From Octopus sinensis (Eukaryota): a stretch of DNA of 64,000 nucleotides. Positions 12,630 through 27,119 of this stretch are shown in pieces; within the stretch, counting starts at the first letter, position 1; each line of letters starts with the position of its first letter. The position numbers were made by a program, and so were the translations under genes. Where the stretch lies: the NCBI RefSeq assembly GCF_006345805.1, contig NC_043005.1, positions 37,510,001-37,574,000 on the forward strand, read 5' to 3'. The notes beneath the pieces were generated by a model. That model was not told the origin of the DNA and made no database searches. It saw only the letters and a list, made by a program, of their open reading frames with translations.

Positions 12630-13799
12630 TATATATATATACACACACACAACATATTTCCTAGAAGAAAATTCTTTCAATAAAACCATTGTTGATGAAA
12701 TACTAACAGCTCCATCATGCTGTGAAATATGTTTCTGTGTTTACAAAATCTTATTAAAATCAAAACTAAACTTTAAATACAGATATTGCTGTGGGTACCT
12801 TCTACTGGTGAAGGTTGGCCCATGTATCTATGCATACATGTGCAGATCTGGGTAAAGTGTTTTTTTTTTTTTCAAGAAGGCTGGTAGATGCCCATGCATG
12901 CAAAACTGCCATTTCCATGATGGCAGTGTTTATCCAAAGGAAAATCCACTGATTTTGGCTAATTCAGTTTGGCATCAATGTCTTCACAGTGATTACTACT
13001 GCAATCTAAATAGACTGAAACATACCACAAGACAATTCACTGAACTCCCTCGCAATATACTCATCCACCACCCTGGTTAGAGATATTTTTATCAACCCTG
13101 AAAGGATGAAAGACAAAGTTGACCTTGGCAGGATCTGAATCCAGAACACAGAATGTGGGAGCAAATACTGTGATACACTCTGACAAGTCTCTGCCAATTA
13201 TTCCCCTTCATATAAATAGCTCCCTACCCCTAGAAGTGTAGCAGATGCTTAGATAAAATCTAACTCTAGAAGATTCTCTACAAAGGCCTGTAATGCCTAC
13301 TGTGGAGGATAGACCAATATCATATTTTTCAGTATTAATCCACCCTAATGAGATAACAAAATTAGTTAATCTATTAATGTTTCATTCATTTTGATGGTAT
13401 TTACTATAAATATACATAATTAGGTTTTTGGTAAATTTAGGATTATCTCATTAATTTATTACATTATACTCATTGTGCCTTTGTTTCTGTGTTTTGTTAA
13501 AATTGTGCTTGAAGCTTCATAGAGAAAGTTTTAATATTCAAAAAAAAATTTGACTTAATTAGAATTGCAAAATACTACCAGTTTCAAATTCAATTATAAA
13601 TTCATTTTACACAATGCTTTCAGAAACAGCAACAACAACACACACACTCACACATTTACAGACACATACACACACACATATATCACTATCATCATTTTTT
13701 AAAAGTCTAATTTTCCCTGCTTGTTGCATGGATAAGATGAGAAAATGTTGAGGCAAAATTTTAAATTGCAAAATACTTTTCTTAGTAAATACAACTACC

Positions 13800-13840
<41 letters not shown>

Positions 13841-14920
13841 TTTATATCCCTTTCCATATCAGCGTGGGCTGGACAGTTCAACAGGATCTAGAGAATCAGA
13901 AGACTATGTAGTTTTTGACATGGTTTCTATGGCTGGTTACCCTTCCTATTACCAACCACTTTACAGAGTGTGGTGGCTGCATTTTCCATAGCAGTAATGC
14001 TAATGAAATTGCTATGTAACTCACAAGACTAAAGAACCACACATCCTTACCTGAATGGTAGAATAATGGAGAGCAAGTTGCCTTTATGCTAGTATTGAAA
14101 GAGTAGGAGATGACATACAGTGCTAGAAAAGATGGAGAAGAGCAACAGAATAATAATAATGATATTGTTGATAGGGAAAGGATGAAAGAATGAGAGATAA
14201 CACATGGTTTATAGGTGCAGACGTAGTGCATGTGACATGAGAGAGATGTATAGTGGTAAAGGAGACATAATTTGGTCATTCAGGAGAGTGATCAATGTAA
14301 ACTGTTGGTGGAGAAGACAGTATTAAAAATGAAGGAGAGATATCAGAGAAACTGGTGATGCATGCAGTTCAGCTCATATTACAGCAGCAAAACATTGCAG
14401 TTAGAGAGATGATTAGTGATGGGGATTTCTTAAAGAGAAAATCAGGCAAGGGACCTAGTTGTGGATACCTGTATATATATATATATATATGTACATTGTG
14501 TTCTGACAATTTCAGATTTGCCAAGAAGGATGGGGAATTTCAAGAATCACATATCACCAAACATCCCAAATGTTTATCCTCTTTTTCTTCACTACTTCAT
14601 CCTATGTCTTCCAGCATCTTTCCCTTCCTCAGGCTCTTCATGATATATATATATATGACTGTACTCTGCAGCAGAAGTATTAAAACCAGTCTTAATGGTA
14701 GTGCCACATGAAAGTGTCTTTGCAGTGCCACATAATAGCAACTGTACCACACCCTGTAAAAATACCTGTGCAGTGTCACATAAAAGCACCCAGTACACTC
14801 TGTAAAGTGGTTGGTGTTAGGAAGGGCATCCAGCAGTGGAAACCATGCAACCTATGCCAGAATGGACAATGGACAATAACAATGGTGATGATGTGATTAT
14901 CATGATGATTATATATATAT

Positions 14921-15125
14921 AGAGACGCAATGGCCCAATGTTTAGGGCAGCGGACTCAGGGTCATAAGATCGTGGTTTCGATTCCCAGACCGGGCATTAT
15001 GAGTGTTTATTGAGCGAAAACACCTAAAGCTCCACGAGGCTCCAGCAGTGGGTGGTGGTGATCCCTACTGTACTCTTTCGCCACAACTTTCACTCACTCT
15101 TTCTTCTGTTGGCCTGCTTGCTTGC
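14921..15125 (+). mobile_element. tRNA-head SINE
   Basis: A-box-like TGGCCCAATGTTTAG and B-box GGTTTCGATTCCC (14974-14986), followed by a non-tRNA body. Confidence 0.7.
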
Positions 15126-15315
15126 TTAGTCCATTAGTGTTTGCCTGGCAAAATATTATAAGTGTCAAACTAACAACTATAAATTAAATATTTTATTCAC
15201 TCTCAGACCTATTTGAGTTCTTTATTCTTTATTCTAAGTAACTGAACATTATGTCTTTTGAATTTGTCATCCACTGGGATATTTATGCATTTATGCATAT
15301 CTGTACATATATTTT

Positions 15316-15730
15316 ATCTTTTACTTATTTCAGTCATTAGACTGTGGCCATACTGGGGCACCGCTTTGAATTTTTAGTTGAATCAAACCTAGTGCTTATT
15401 TTTCAAGCCTGGTACTTATTCTATTGGTCACTTTTGTTGACCCACTAAGTTACTGGACATAAACACACCAACACAGGTTGTCATATAGTGATGGGGAGAG
15501 AAACACAGACACAAAGACACACACACACACACATAGATATATATGTATACACATATATATGTATATACAATGGGCTTCTTTTGGTTTCCGTCAACCATAT
15601 CCACTCACAAGGCTTTGGTTAGCTTGAGGCTATAATAGAAGACACTTGCCCAAGGTGCCACACTGTAGGATTGAACCTGGAACCATTTGGTTTGGAAGCA
15701 AGCATCTTACCACACAGCCACTCCTGCACC
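15316..15730 (-). mobile_element. tRNA-head SINE with internal microsatellite (family also at 37131-37546, 42545-42970 and as fragments)
   Basis: Minus strand GCAGGAGTGGCTGTGTGGTAAG...GGTTCCAGGTTCAATCCTAC...CTTGGGCAAGTGTCTTCTATTATAGCC; shared 3' part ending GACTGAAATAAGTAAAAG. Confidence 0.8.
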
Positions 15731-15872
15731 TAGTACATATGTACATAGATATGCATGTTTTTCAGTTATTGTTTGAAGAATACCTGCAGAGTATTTGCTG
15801 ATGAGGGTAACCCAAAACAGACAGTAGAGTCAAACTCATTTAATGTCCTAATCAAATGGAACTTTGTGTACA

Positions 15873-15903
<31 letters not shown>

Positions 15904-16605
15904 ATAAGGTTTTACAATTGAATTGAAAGAAACATATTCTTCAGGGTGATTGATTCGGAGAAATCCCAACAGAAATGAAATCTTTAAGAGCAGGCGCATA
16001 GGAATATTCCAAATACTATTATCCATCAAACATTTGGAGCATCACTTTCCTTCACCTGAAAAACAAATGGTAAATGCCGTCATTATGTTCATCAAGTCCC
16101 AACAGAATATTCTGGTATTGATTAGAATACTTATTTATCAATTATGTTGTGCTTAATATGATCATGTGCCTTTCTGAGTGAGAAGTACTCAACTACTTTT
16201 GAAGGGATCAGTCAGTAATAGTTGAATTATCACGCTCAGAAGTAGAATTTTCCAAAGATATGATTTATCATTGTCTAAGTATAAATCAAATTCCTGGAAA
16301 GAAATCTAACACCTGCCATCAAAATTAAAGAAAAGAAAATTTAAAGTTAGGATTGTGGTTATAGAATTATAATTTTCTGAATTGCATTTCAGGAAAAAAA
16401 ATAAAGATATATTCTTTAGAGTAATTGGTTTAGAGAGTTCTCAACAGAAATTAATTCCTTGGAAATAGATATATGCATATCCCAAACACTAATATCCATT
16501 AAACTTTCAAAATATTGCTTTGCTTCACACACATATATCTATGTATGTAATATATGTGCTTGAGTATATACATATATTTTTATCCCTCTCTCCATCTTTC
16601 TTTCT

Positions 16606-16644
<39 letters not shown>

Positions 16645-17685
16645 GAGAGATAGACACACTGAGAAATACGAGCAGTTATTTCCTGGCAATGTTGAAGTTC
16701 ATAAATAATGTAAACAAAGTCCCCTTGTGATTAAAATACATTTTAGTCTTCTTCCATCTTAAATCTGATTTTCTTTATGATCACATAAAGTTCTCTGCAA
16801 TCTCTGAAGGTATACACACACATACACACACACATATTTCTGTCAAAAGTGTCCATTGTAAAGTATACTGTAGTTTAAAAGAAACATTTAACAAAAACAA
16901 AAAATAAATTATATATGATACTAATTTTGAGCATATTTTAATTAAGAGTATAACTTGTGAAAAAACAACATTGAAGTGAAATGCTATCAATATTACAAAT
17001 GGTAAAACTGTATCAAAACCTTACTTCATTGAGAGCAATGGTGTATTATACATGAAAACTATAGACTAGTAGTAAGATGTTATCTTAAAAATAACATTAT
17101 GGTAGTGATATGTGAAATTTATATAGAAAGATTATTTAGTTTTATATTTTTGCATGAGAATAAAGAAATAAATGGCAAAATACATCAAACTGAGAGGACG
17201 GCAAGTAAGTGAAGTAGTGTCAAGAATAACTGTTGCTGGGGATTCCTCTTCATACCTTGTTATAAATCAGTATGTGCTCAGTTGGTCAGTAAGTCAAATG
17301 ATAACTTGCTGACCAATTGCATCATTAGTCTCGATTTCTACTGCTTCAGCCTCACCATACCAGCAAAACAGATAATCTGCTCAACCACACAATTTCAATG
17401 GATGGCCAGTAACCATTACCAGTTACCTTCAGAGCTACAAAACTTAGAAACAAAACTATTCCTCCTTCTTCTTCAAGCTACTATGCTTCAGTGGCAGTTT
17501 AATGACTGCTGTTTGCAAAGCCATGCGTAAAGGAAGGTTTATATGTACAGGTCACATATTTAAGTTATTGTCATTAGGAATATTTTTACAAGAAATAGCT
17601 CCCCAGCAAAAAAAAAAAGAAGAAAAACTATGCATACTGGTGAACTACCTCAACCATAAGAATACATGCTGATCTATGTAATGAT

Positions 17686-17892
17686 GTATGCTGAAAAGTT
17701 CCTGGCTTTAAGGGTATCGTGACAGGCCTGATCAGATGCTCAACCTTCTGAGTTCTTTTACAAGATTTCAAAAAAAACTGAAGGATCATTGCAATGAGTG
17801 TGTGAATTTGAGAGGGAAGTATGTTGAAGAAAATCATAATTAACTGATGCTCCTGTATTTTCTTTTACTCAAAAGCAAGGACTTTTCAGCAC
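17686..17892 (+). mobile_element. Short mariner-derived non-autonomous element with both TIRs
   Basis: GCTGAAAAGTTCCTGGCTTT (17690) and its inverted partner AAAGCAAGGACTTTTCAGC (17872-17890); the interior encodes KLKDHCNECVNLRGKYVEENHN* (mariner C-terminus-like). Confidence 0.7.
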
Positions 17893-18741
17893 TTTTCAGT
17901 ACATTCTATGTTAGATCCAGTGTGCCAAATGCAACAAGTGATACATGATTGACAGCATTATTTGTGCCACTAAACATTTGAATCAATCAGCATCTCAACA
18001 CTTTCACATCAGCTTTTTTAAATAAACAAAAACATCTTGAGAAAAGTAGTGGCAAAAATAAGAATGTTGTAGTTACCATTAAAGCTACAGATTACAAAAT
18101 CAGTAAGTTGTGTATAACAAAGCTATTCAAAAACCATCTGTCAAAAATATATATCTGGTTTGAATTGAGTGAGTATCAACAGATACTATGAAAATTATGC
18201 TTCACAATACTTGATCCAGCCTCTTCCATGCAATACTACCATACTTGGACATTTAGGTTGTAGTGCATGTTAATCAAATTTCTATGCCTCTAAAATATGT
18301 GGTAATTGGAATATTACACATTGGTATTTGATTTACCAACAAAATGGATATTTATTTTTGAATGCATTTGAAAAGAAGTTTTAACTCAAAAAGTAGAAAT
18401 AATTAGATGTTTCTAAGTTAATATTTCAATATGGTGGCTATTTTTATTTTTTAAAGTTTTATCTGCATTGTTATTGCCTTCAACATGACACTTGCTTTTA
18501 ATATGTCCCTCAATGCTTCCAGCAAATGCCCAAATGCTTCTGAGTGCATATATATGTGCATGTGTGTGAGTATGAATATATGTGTGTGTATATGAATATA
18601 TATATATTTATATATGAATATATATATGTATATATACATATATGTTTATATGCTTATAAATAGAGAGAGAGACAGACATACAGAGAGGAGCGAGGGAAAG
18701 AGAGAGCTATTATATTTTATTTATATATATATATATTTATT

Positions 18742-18969
18742 TATTTATTGCCCACAAGGGGCTAAACATAGAGGGGACAAACAAGGACAGACAAAGGGAT
18801 TAAGTCGATTACATTGACCTCATTGTGTAACTGGTACTTATTCAATTGACCCTAAAAGGATGAAAGGTAAAGTCAACCTCAGCAGAATTTGAGCTCAGAA
18901 TGTAATGACAGACGAAATACTGCTAAGCATTTCACCCGGGTTGCTAATGATTCTGCCAGCTCACCGCCT

Positions 18970-18970
<1 letters not shown>
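18742..18970 (-). mobile_element. SINE, same family as 59297-59529
   Basis: Reverse complement matches AAGGCGGTGAGCTGGCAGAATC...TTTCATCCTTTT..GTCAATTGAATAAGTACCAG...GTTTAGCCCCTTGTGGGCAATAAA. Confidence 0.8.
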
Positions 18971-19010
<40 letters not shown>

Positions 19011-19140
19011 TTGAAGTAGATAAATGAATTATCTTATTACGGATTATTCAAATGATAACCGACACCTGGGTAGCAAAAATCACGTAGAAAATAATAAAAA
19101 GGAATTTTGTTAAATCTTCGTTCAGCTCCATTTCTTCCTA

Positions 19141-19178
<38 letters not shown>

Positions 19179-20825
19179 TGTGTAAATAATTTTATGTGCA
19201 TGTAATAATGTATATATGTATTTATATGGATATATGTTTGTTTGTATTAAAATAAATGTGTGTGTGTGTGCATTTGCATGTTGTTGCTATATTATTCTAA
19301 ATAATTCACAACCAACTGTTCATTTCATCAGACATAGATTGTACACACAGAAACACACATACACACTCACACTTTCCTTACCTTTTTTCTCTCTCCGTTT
19401 TGATATATATATATATATAAATATATATATATATATGTATGTATGTGTTTCCCAGTGCATCAAATGCACTGAGATTTTGATGTGATTCTGGATTAGCCCT
19501 TGGTGTCGCTTAGTCAGAAAAGTTACAAACAAGCACTGCATGTATTTCTTTAATGATAAAATATGAAATTATTTTACTGCCTCATTGAGTTAACATCTCA
19601 ATTTTGCTAGAGGTTTTTCAACTGTATGTGTACACAAGCCTCACTTTCAAGTCTTAAGCTAGTTTAACTTGTATATTAATTGCGATTGACTTGTATTTGA
19701 AGTTTATTTAAGAAATTTTATAATTCACCTATTTTATTTTGTAATAGTAATTAACAAATCACTTTACAAGAACATACATGCACATATACACACATGCACA
19801 AATAAACATGTATATGCATGCACTTATATGTTTGTTTGTGCGTGTCTCCATATATATATATATGTAAATATATAGATGTATAAGTATATAAATGTATAGG
19901 TATATAAATACATATATATATATATTTATACAAATATGAACACATATAAACACTCAAATACACATATATCCACTTATATATATGTGTATGTATATGTGTA
20001 TGTGTACATATATATATATATTACTATATATATATATATATACCCATATATGTATATATACCCATATATACATCTAATACTATCTAATTTGAATTGTTTA
20101 TTTTTTAACTTCAAATACACACTGTTGTGTAATCATAAACTCTTATTTTTTTACTTATTTATTTGTGATTATCATCATCATCATCATCATCATCATTATT
20201 ATTATTATTAATATCATTATTATTATTATTATTATTGTTATTATTTCTATTATTTCATATTTCTATGAGCTGGAAAGATGAAGTGAATAAGTTATTTGAT
20301 ATTTTACTTTATCTCCAAGATAAAATGTTTAACATGAAAGTCTGATGTAGATTTCATTGGTAATTTCGATGTTAGCATATTGGACAGTATTCTCTGTGCT
20401 TGCACACACCTCTCACGCATATACACATATGCATAGTCACACATCCACACACATACACTCACAAAAAGAGAGAGAGAGAGAGTGAGAGGGAGCTGATTCC
20501 TTATTATTGTGTTATAAGTGTTATTAAATATATGTGTGTGTAAATGTATGTATACATATATATATATATATATATATGCATGTGTGTGTGTATACACAGA
20601 AGTATGTGTGTGTGTGTTCTGCAATATATGCATACGTGTATATACATATATATCCACTTGCGTATTATATATATGTATTTACTTATATGTGTGTATGTAA
20701 ATGTGTATGATGTATGTGTGTGTGATGCGTGTGTGTATATGTGATGCATGTGTGTGTGTTTACATATATTTAAATATATAATATATATATGTATATATAT
20801 ATATATATATATGTATATTTATGTA

Positions 20826-21121
20826 TCCGACTCGTGGCCGATGCCAGCACCGCCTCGACTGGCTTCCGTGCCGGTGGCACATAAAATACACCAATCTGAC
20901 CGTGGCCGTTGCCAGCCCCGCCTGGCACCTGTGCAGGTGGCACGTAAGAAGCACCCACTACACTCACGGAGTGGTTGGCGTTAGGAAGGGCATCCAGCTG
21001 TAGAAACATTGCCAAATTAGACTGGAGCCTGGTGCAGCCTTCTGGCTTCCCAGAACCCCGGTCGAACCGTCCAACCCATGCTAGCATGGAGAACGGACGT
21101 TAAACGACGATGATGATGATG

Positions 21122-21126
<5 letters not shown>
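20826..21126 (+). mobile_element. Young RTE LINE 3' UTR copy (CpG-rich)
   Basis: Near-identical to 4987-5192 and 61590-61835, retains many CpGs, ends AACGGACGTTAAACGAC(GAT)n. Confidence 0.85.
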
Positions 21127-21154
<28 letters not shown>

Positions 21155-21969
21155 TTACTTATATGTGTATATATAAATGTCTGGCTGTCTCTGTATACAT
21201 ATAGATATAAATATATAATATTTATAGATATATACATATGTATATGCATGTGTATATATGTGTATTCTTTTTCTCACTCATTAATATATATCTGTGTGCA
21301 AATCATATATATATATATATATATACCTATACGTACATACATATATACATACATACATACATATATACACACATACACAAAGATATTATATTCAGTATAT
21401 TGTAGCAGCTTCAAAGAGACAGCTTATGAATATCGCCAAAAGATTTATTTCTATAAAGTAAAATTTATATATAGGTGTCAATTCTAAACACAATAGCCAT
21501 TCTTCTTTCCCCACTGTCAATGTATGAATGCCATCCTTCTACACTCAATAGAAAGTACATGTTCTTGGTTATTGTAGTTGAAAATTGTCTTTGTATGTTA
21601 AAAACACCCTCTTGCATGCTTTTGCTTTGAATTTTATGTCAAGTATTTTAATCTTAATGAAAGAACCATAATAGATATTTTGTGGCGGAACAATTATTAG
21701 ATTTGATGTCTGGATGAATTATTGTTCTTCTACTTCTTAGGTAGTCTTAGGCAGGTTGGGAATTAAATTTGTAAGAGATCACCAAATACAAGTATACAAG
21801 TCTTTAGTGTGTTTTTGAGACCATGCTACATGCTTTTTTATGTTCTTCTCTTGATAGAATTTACAAGTACCCCTTGTTAGGTGTTTGTGTTGGCTGTGAC
21901 TATGAGATAGCTGACCAAATGATTTGGAACATACCTTCTTAAACTCTTTTTTAACTATCACTTTTAGGA

Positions 21970-23545
21970 TGGAATCAAGCATTAATCTGGTTCATATTTT
22001 TAACATTGTGCTGTGTGTATGTGTATGTGACAGTGTTCTTAGAAGGTTAGGTGTAACAAGTTTTATATCATCATGTTTTACAAAGGTGCATGTGAAATAA
22101 TATAAAAAGTGTACAAACTGTTTGTTTCTTCATTAGTGAATTTAGTCAGTTGGTGTGCCTAGTGATTAAGTTGCTGTGCCTAGTGAGGGTTAAAGGTTCA
22201 TGGTGAGAGAATAGAGAGTCAGTATTGCTCTAGCAACATAGTGTGGTAGTTGTCATGGCCAGAAGTAAAAGAGAATGAGCAGTCCTAGCTGTGTGACAGT
22301 TGACAAGTTGTCTGCCTAGAAGGGGAAACAGATGAAGAGAGAGAATGAACAGCTGGCTGTCCGACTAGGGTTTTTATACCTCCCTGTTGGAAGTGCCAAT
22401 GAAGTGTCACCTACCGATGACAGAATCAGGTAACATAACTCTGCTCTGTTTCCTTTAGCCTTTATGACCCTTGATACACTACTTCCCTCCATGACTATAA
22501 GTCAAAAAAGAGGTACATTGTAGCAAAAGGCCAATCTAGAGAACAAAGCAGAGGAAATGAACGTATCCATAAAATGGCAGAAATGGGTCAGTTCATATAA
22601 AGATAGTTCGAAGGAGGTGAGATGCTTGAAAGTATCAAAACAGCAACTGAGTAACGGTATCAAAACAGTATCAAAACAGCAACTGAGTAACAATTTCGGC
22701 AGTGCTTGCTGTGTCTGATACAATTCCACAAACTGAAGCTTTGCATTAGAGACACAAGGAGCAAGAAAAGATGCTGTAATCTGAGTGCTGTCCAGTGCTG
22801 TAAAATGAAGCAGAGTTGAGCTGGTGTAAATGAGCTAGCTTCACAGGGTTGTAAAAGCTCAGTAAGTCAAAGCAGTGAGTTGATCCAATTAATGAAATCC
22901 AAAAGATGGAACTGATGTGCATAGCTGTCAAAGGTCACACTACCTGGGGAATACCGCAATGAAAGAAAGAATGTAAATAGTAAAGGAAAAGTTTTTAACA
23001 ATTTTGTCAAAAGACGTAAGCCACAATTGACATAGCAGCTTGCAGATGAAGTTGAAATGACTCCCTAGTGATTTATATCCAAATCTCTGACATCAGTTCT
23101 CTTTCTATATTTTTTTTTTGTTTTGAGAAAAGTCCATTATGGAATATTCTAACATTCAAGCATTAGTCTGGTTCATTTGTTTAGTGTTGTGCTGTGTGTA
23201 TGTGAATGCAGCAAGCAGTGTTCAGACAAGGCTATGTGTAACAAGTTTTATATCATGTTCTACAAAGGTGTGTGCAAAATAATATAAAAGGTGTATGAAC
23301 TGTTTGTTCCTTTATTAGTGAATTTAGTCAGTCAGTGTGGCTATTGATTAAGCTATTAGTCATTGCAGTTTAAAGGATCGTTCTGAAAGAATAGAGAGTG
23401 AGCATTGCTCTAGCTACATAGCATGATTGTCATGGCCAGGAGTAAAAGAGCTAGCAGTCCTAGCTGTGTGTGGCAGTTGACAAGTTGCCTGCCCAGAAGG
23501 AGGAATAGAAGAAGAGAGAGAATGAAAATCTGACTACTGACAACA
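21970..23545 (-). mobile_element. LTR retroelement remnant: two diverged LTR copies around a ~700-bp deleted interior
   Basis: Direct repeats at 21970-22435 and 23140-~23545 (roughly 75-80% alike by eye). The left copy reads TGTTAC...TTCCA on minus, with a TATAAAA box and a purine-rich stretch just upstream. The right copy lacks the 5' part. Confidence 0.55.
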
Positions 23546-26502
23546 GAATGGGGTAGAGTAACCCCACTAACTGCTGTAATTCAGTAAAATTGAATACACT
23601 ACTGGTGTATACATGCACATATAAGTTGTTATATTACTTAATGCTACAGATTACATTGTTTACTTTTTGTCAAATAATAATAATATCTTGGAAATATTTT
23701 ATGGTAGTTCTTTACCTATTATCTTCTTTCCCACCCACTCTTATATAATACAAGGTAGCCCTGTATCTCTTCTGTAGCAAGACACCTGTACTTGTTCCTG
23801 TATCATACTTTAGCTGGCATAAAATCACCTCAGGCTCTACTACAGTCCAACTTAGACAAAGAGTCTTCTTCTCCATCTTCTGAATTACTTGACACCCTTA
23901 CTAGTACCTGTGTTACCAAAGAGAAAAGAAATCACCTAATATATGCTCTTAAATGGTCTACATTAAGAAGGGCATCTAGTCATAGCAAAAATGCCAAAGC
24001 AGACATTGGAGCATGATGCAGTCCTTGAATGTTTTCAGTTCTGTGAAACCATGCCAGCATGGAATATGGACATTAAATGAGGATAATGATGATTTTTAAA
24101 ATGAGTCTGGGAATTTTTGAAATTTATGAGTTCTTAACATTGTTATCAAAAGAAAGTAAGGAAATTAAAATTAGGTCGCAAGCTTAATTTAAGAATTTAA
24201 TTAGTCATTCTGCAGTACCCTATACAATGTAAGCAAATGTTTAAAATAAGTTGTTACATTTGGCACATCATATTGAGTCTGAACTGCAAGCAACCAACAA
24301 TGAATTTTTCAAGTTAAAGATATCCAGACGACTATACAAATATGGAAAAACAATTACATTTTTTACAAGACATTACAAGAAATTATAAATCAGCTGAGAG
24401 TTGTTTATTTTTAGATAAATTAGTTCAAATATTTAAAATAAATATTTTTATTTGTATTTTTTTCAACTGAAATTTAGAAGAAATGAGGTTTTTATTGCTT
24501 ATTTTGTTTTTATCCACGATTCTTTTCACTTCACTATTTCTTAATTAACATATATAAAACAGGTAAAAGTTGGTGACAAGAAGTTCCTCAAGTCATAAAA
24601 ATCCTGCCATGATTTCCTTCCATTTACGACATACTATTATTGAAAATAGATGTTAAATGAAGCGAATAAATGAATGAATGAATGAACAACAAGGGCATTA
24701 AACTCTTACTTCCTGCATAGATTAGTAGAATCATTAAAGAAATGCTTTAGGCTTGCCACAGTATCGACAATACCACAGGCAGGATGACATAATAGAGATC
24801 AAATAATTGGCATCTACTGCATAAAGTGTTTAGTAACTTGGATAGTTAGGCAAGTAAGGTGAAGTGTCTTGCTTTAGGATACAATGAAATGACTACAAAA
24901 ATCCAACACCTTAACTAACCTGCCATGATATATTAAATATGATGTGTTATATAATGACTATATTGTCTTGTAAAAATCACTAAATCTCACACTTTTACCA
25001 TGAGGTGACCAATACAGAGCAATGTATTTGCTGTTGCAGAAGATAGAGCAACTGGAATCGGGTTTGTCATTGCAGTTCCATGTGTTCACCCACCAACGTG
25101 ACACAGCTTAACAACAATATTAAAGTTTAAAGTAATCTAATTTGCATTAATGGCCTGAACATTACTTGCATTGAAAGATTGTCTATATCCTATCAAACAC
25201 AAGTTTATTTCTCAATATATACAGGTGATGATGTTATATGCTGGCTCAGCCTTACCATATCTGTCTAGACTCTGTAAGTCTACATATGTTACCGACATTA
25301 ATAAATTAGAATCTTAAATTTAAGTCTTACTGTAATTTACATAGAATTCCAGCATTCTTTGATTGATAATACAAGTGTTATAACACATAATTATATCATG
25401 TTTGATATATATATATATATATATATAGTTAATCCAAACATGAAAACACAAAGAGACACTACACACACACACACGTATATATATATATATATAATATATA
25501 TATATATCATCATCATCATCATCATCGTTTAACGTCCGTTTTCCGTGCTAGCACGGGTTGGACGGTTCGACCGGGGTCTGGATATATATATATATATATA
25601 CATATGAGAGAGATAAATCAAAATCTCTTGGTGACATTTGATATTTTGTGTGTAGGTCATCACAGTCTATTACTAGACTTTTTCCTGATAAATGCTGACA
25701 TTGAGAGATAAGTTTAAGTTCAACAAAAACAGAAGAAAACAAAAAAAAAAAAACATTTTGGTAGCTTACATTTTTCTCTTCTTTAGAAGATTATTCTACC
25801 TCAGACTATTGAAACAATTGCATTGAAATGCTAACTAGCATATGTAATATTCATAGTCATATATATATATATATATATACTTTGAAAATACTTAAAATAT
25901 TTTTCATTTTCTTTTTTTATATTAATTCTAGCAATCTTCAGGTCTTTGATGTTTTGGTCTGCAGTATTGCAGTAGTATTTATCTCCACCACAAGAAATTC
26001 TATGATATCTAAAATATCTGTATTATGATTCAATCTAGGAAATTTTGTTTCTAAACACAATATGCTGATTATCAAATCAGTAAAAACTCTGACTAGTGGT
26101 TTTCTAGAAATATTTTGCAATCTGGTACTAACAACTTATAGATGTCAGATGTCATCCTCAGCTAATTATCCAGTTGATAAAACTGTTGTAAAAATACAGA
26201 CTGCCCATAATTATCAATGGAGTGAGTATATTAATATTTATACAATACGATATTGTACATCCATTTTGACCAATTTTACCGATCTGTTTTGCACAGGAGA
26301 GTTCAGGGAAACTTCAATCTTCATGTTCGTTAGAATGCTTGGGTAGGAAGAATACTCTTGTGTGTGGAACTGATTGGTAAAATTGGGTGAAATGGATCTG
26401 TAATGCTGTAGTATATAAATATTAACACACACACACACACTCATACACACACATACATTTTGAAAGAGAGAGAGAGAAAGAAAGAGAGAGAGAGAGAGAG
26501 AG

Positions 26503-26533
<31 letters not shown>

Positions 26534-27077
26534 TAGAACTAACAAATTGCCATACATACACTTCCTCTTTCTCTCTCACCCTCTCTTGCACATGAACACT
26601 TACAGAAAACAAGCCATCTTGTAATGTCTTATAATCAAGTTGATATCTTTATAAAAAAAAACTACAATGAAAATAATGTTAAATGACCAACTTTCATACA
26701 TCATTATATTCTATTCAAGAGATCCTTACATGTATCTTAACAAAGTAATTTGGGCAATTTTTATTTTTTACATCGTATGATATTTTTATTCTTTATTTAT
26801 GATTTTTATAGTTTGCTGTATAGTTTATAATTATAATTATTTTGTTTATGTTTTGATTTGTTGTGTTCATGTTTTTGCTGTTATTTATTGCTTGTTTTCA
26901 ATAACTGGCATTTTTACCAATCTCAATGGAATCTAATGTATATAAATATGTATAAACACACACATTTGTTAGATGTTAAAACAAAGCATGTATATGTACA
27001 TAGCTACTACATATATGTATACATTCACATATACATATATAGAATAACGTGATATCTATCTTTCTTTATATCTAGCT

Positions 27078-27118
<41 letters not shown>

Positions 27119-27119
27119 A

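Noticed and set aside
14921-14995. Possible tRNA gene
   Set aside because: Has A/B boxes but no closable acceptor stem and runs into a SINE body; it is a SINE head.
20826-20945. Regularly recurring ~35-bp GGCAC motifs (also 60560-60720) superficially like a CRISPR array
   Set aside because: Eukaryotic context; the spacers are themselves homologous between loci; these are internal repeats of the RTE 3' UTR.
23778-24016. Protein-like ORF with a good acceptor (ARHLYLFLYHTLAGIKSPQ...)
   Set aside because: Its reverse complement matches a repeat segment also seen near 36700-36830 and 31250-31340 and runs into an RTE tail; repeat-derived.
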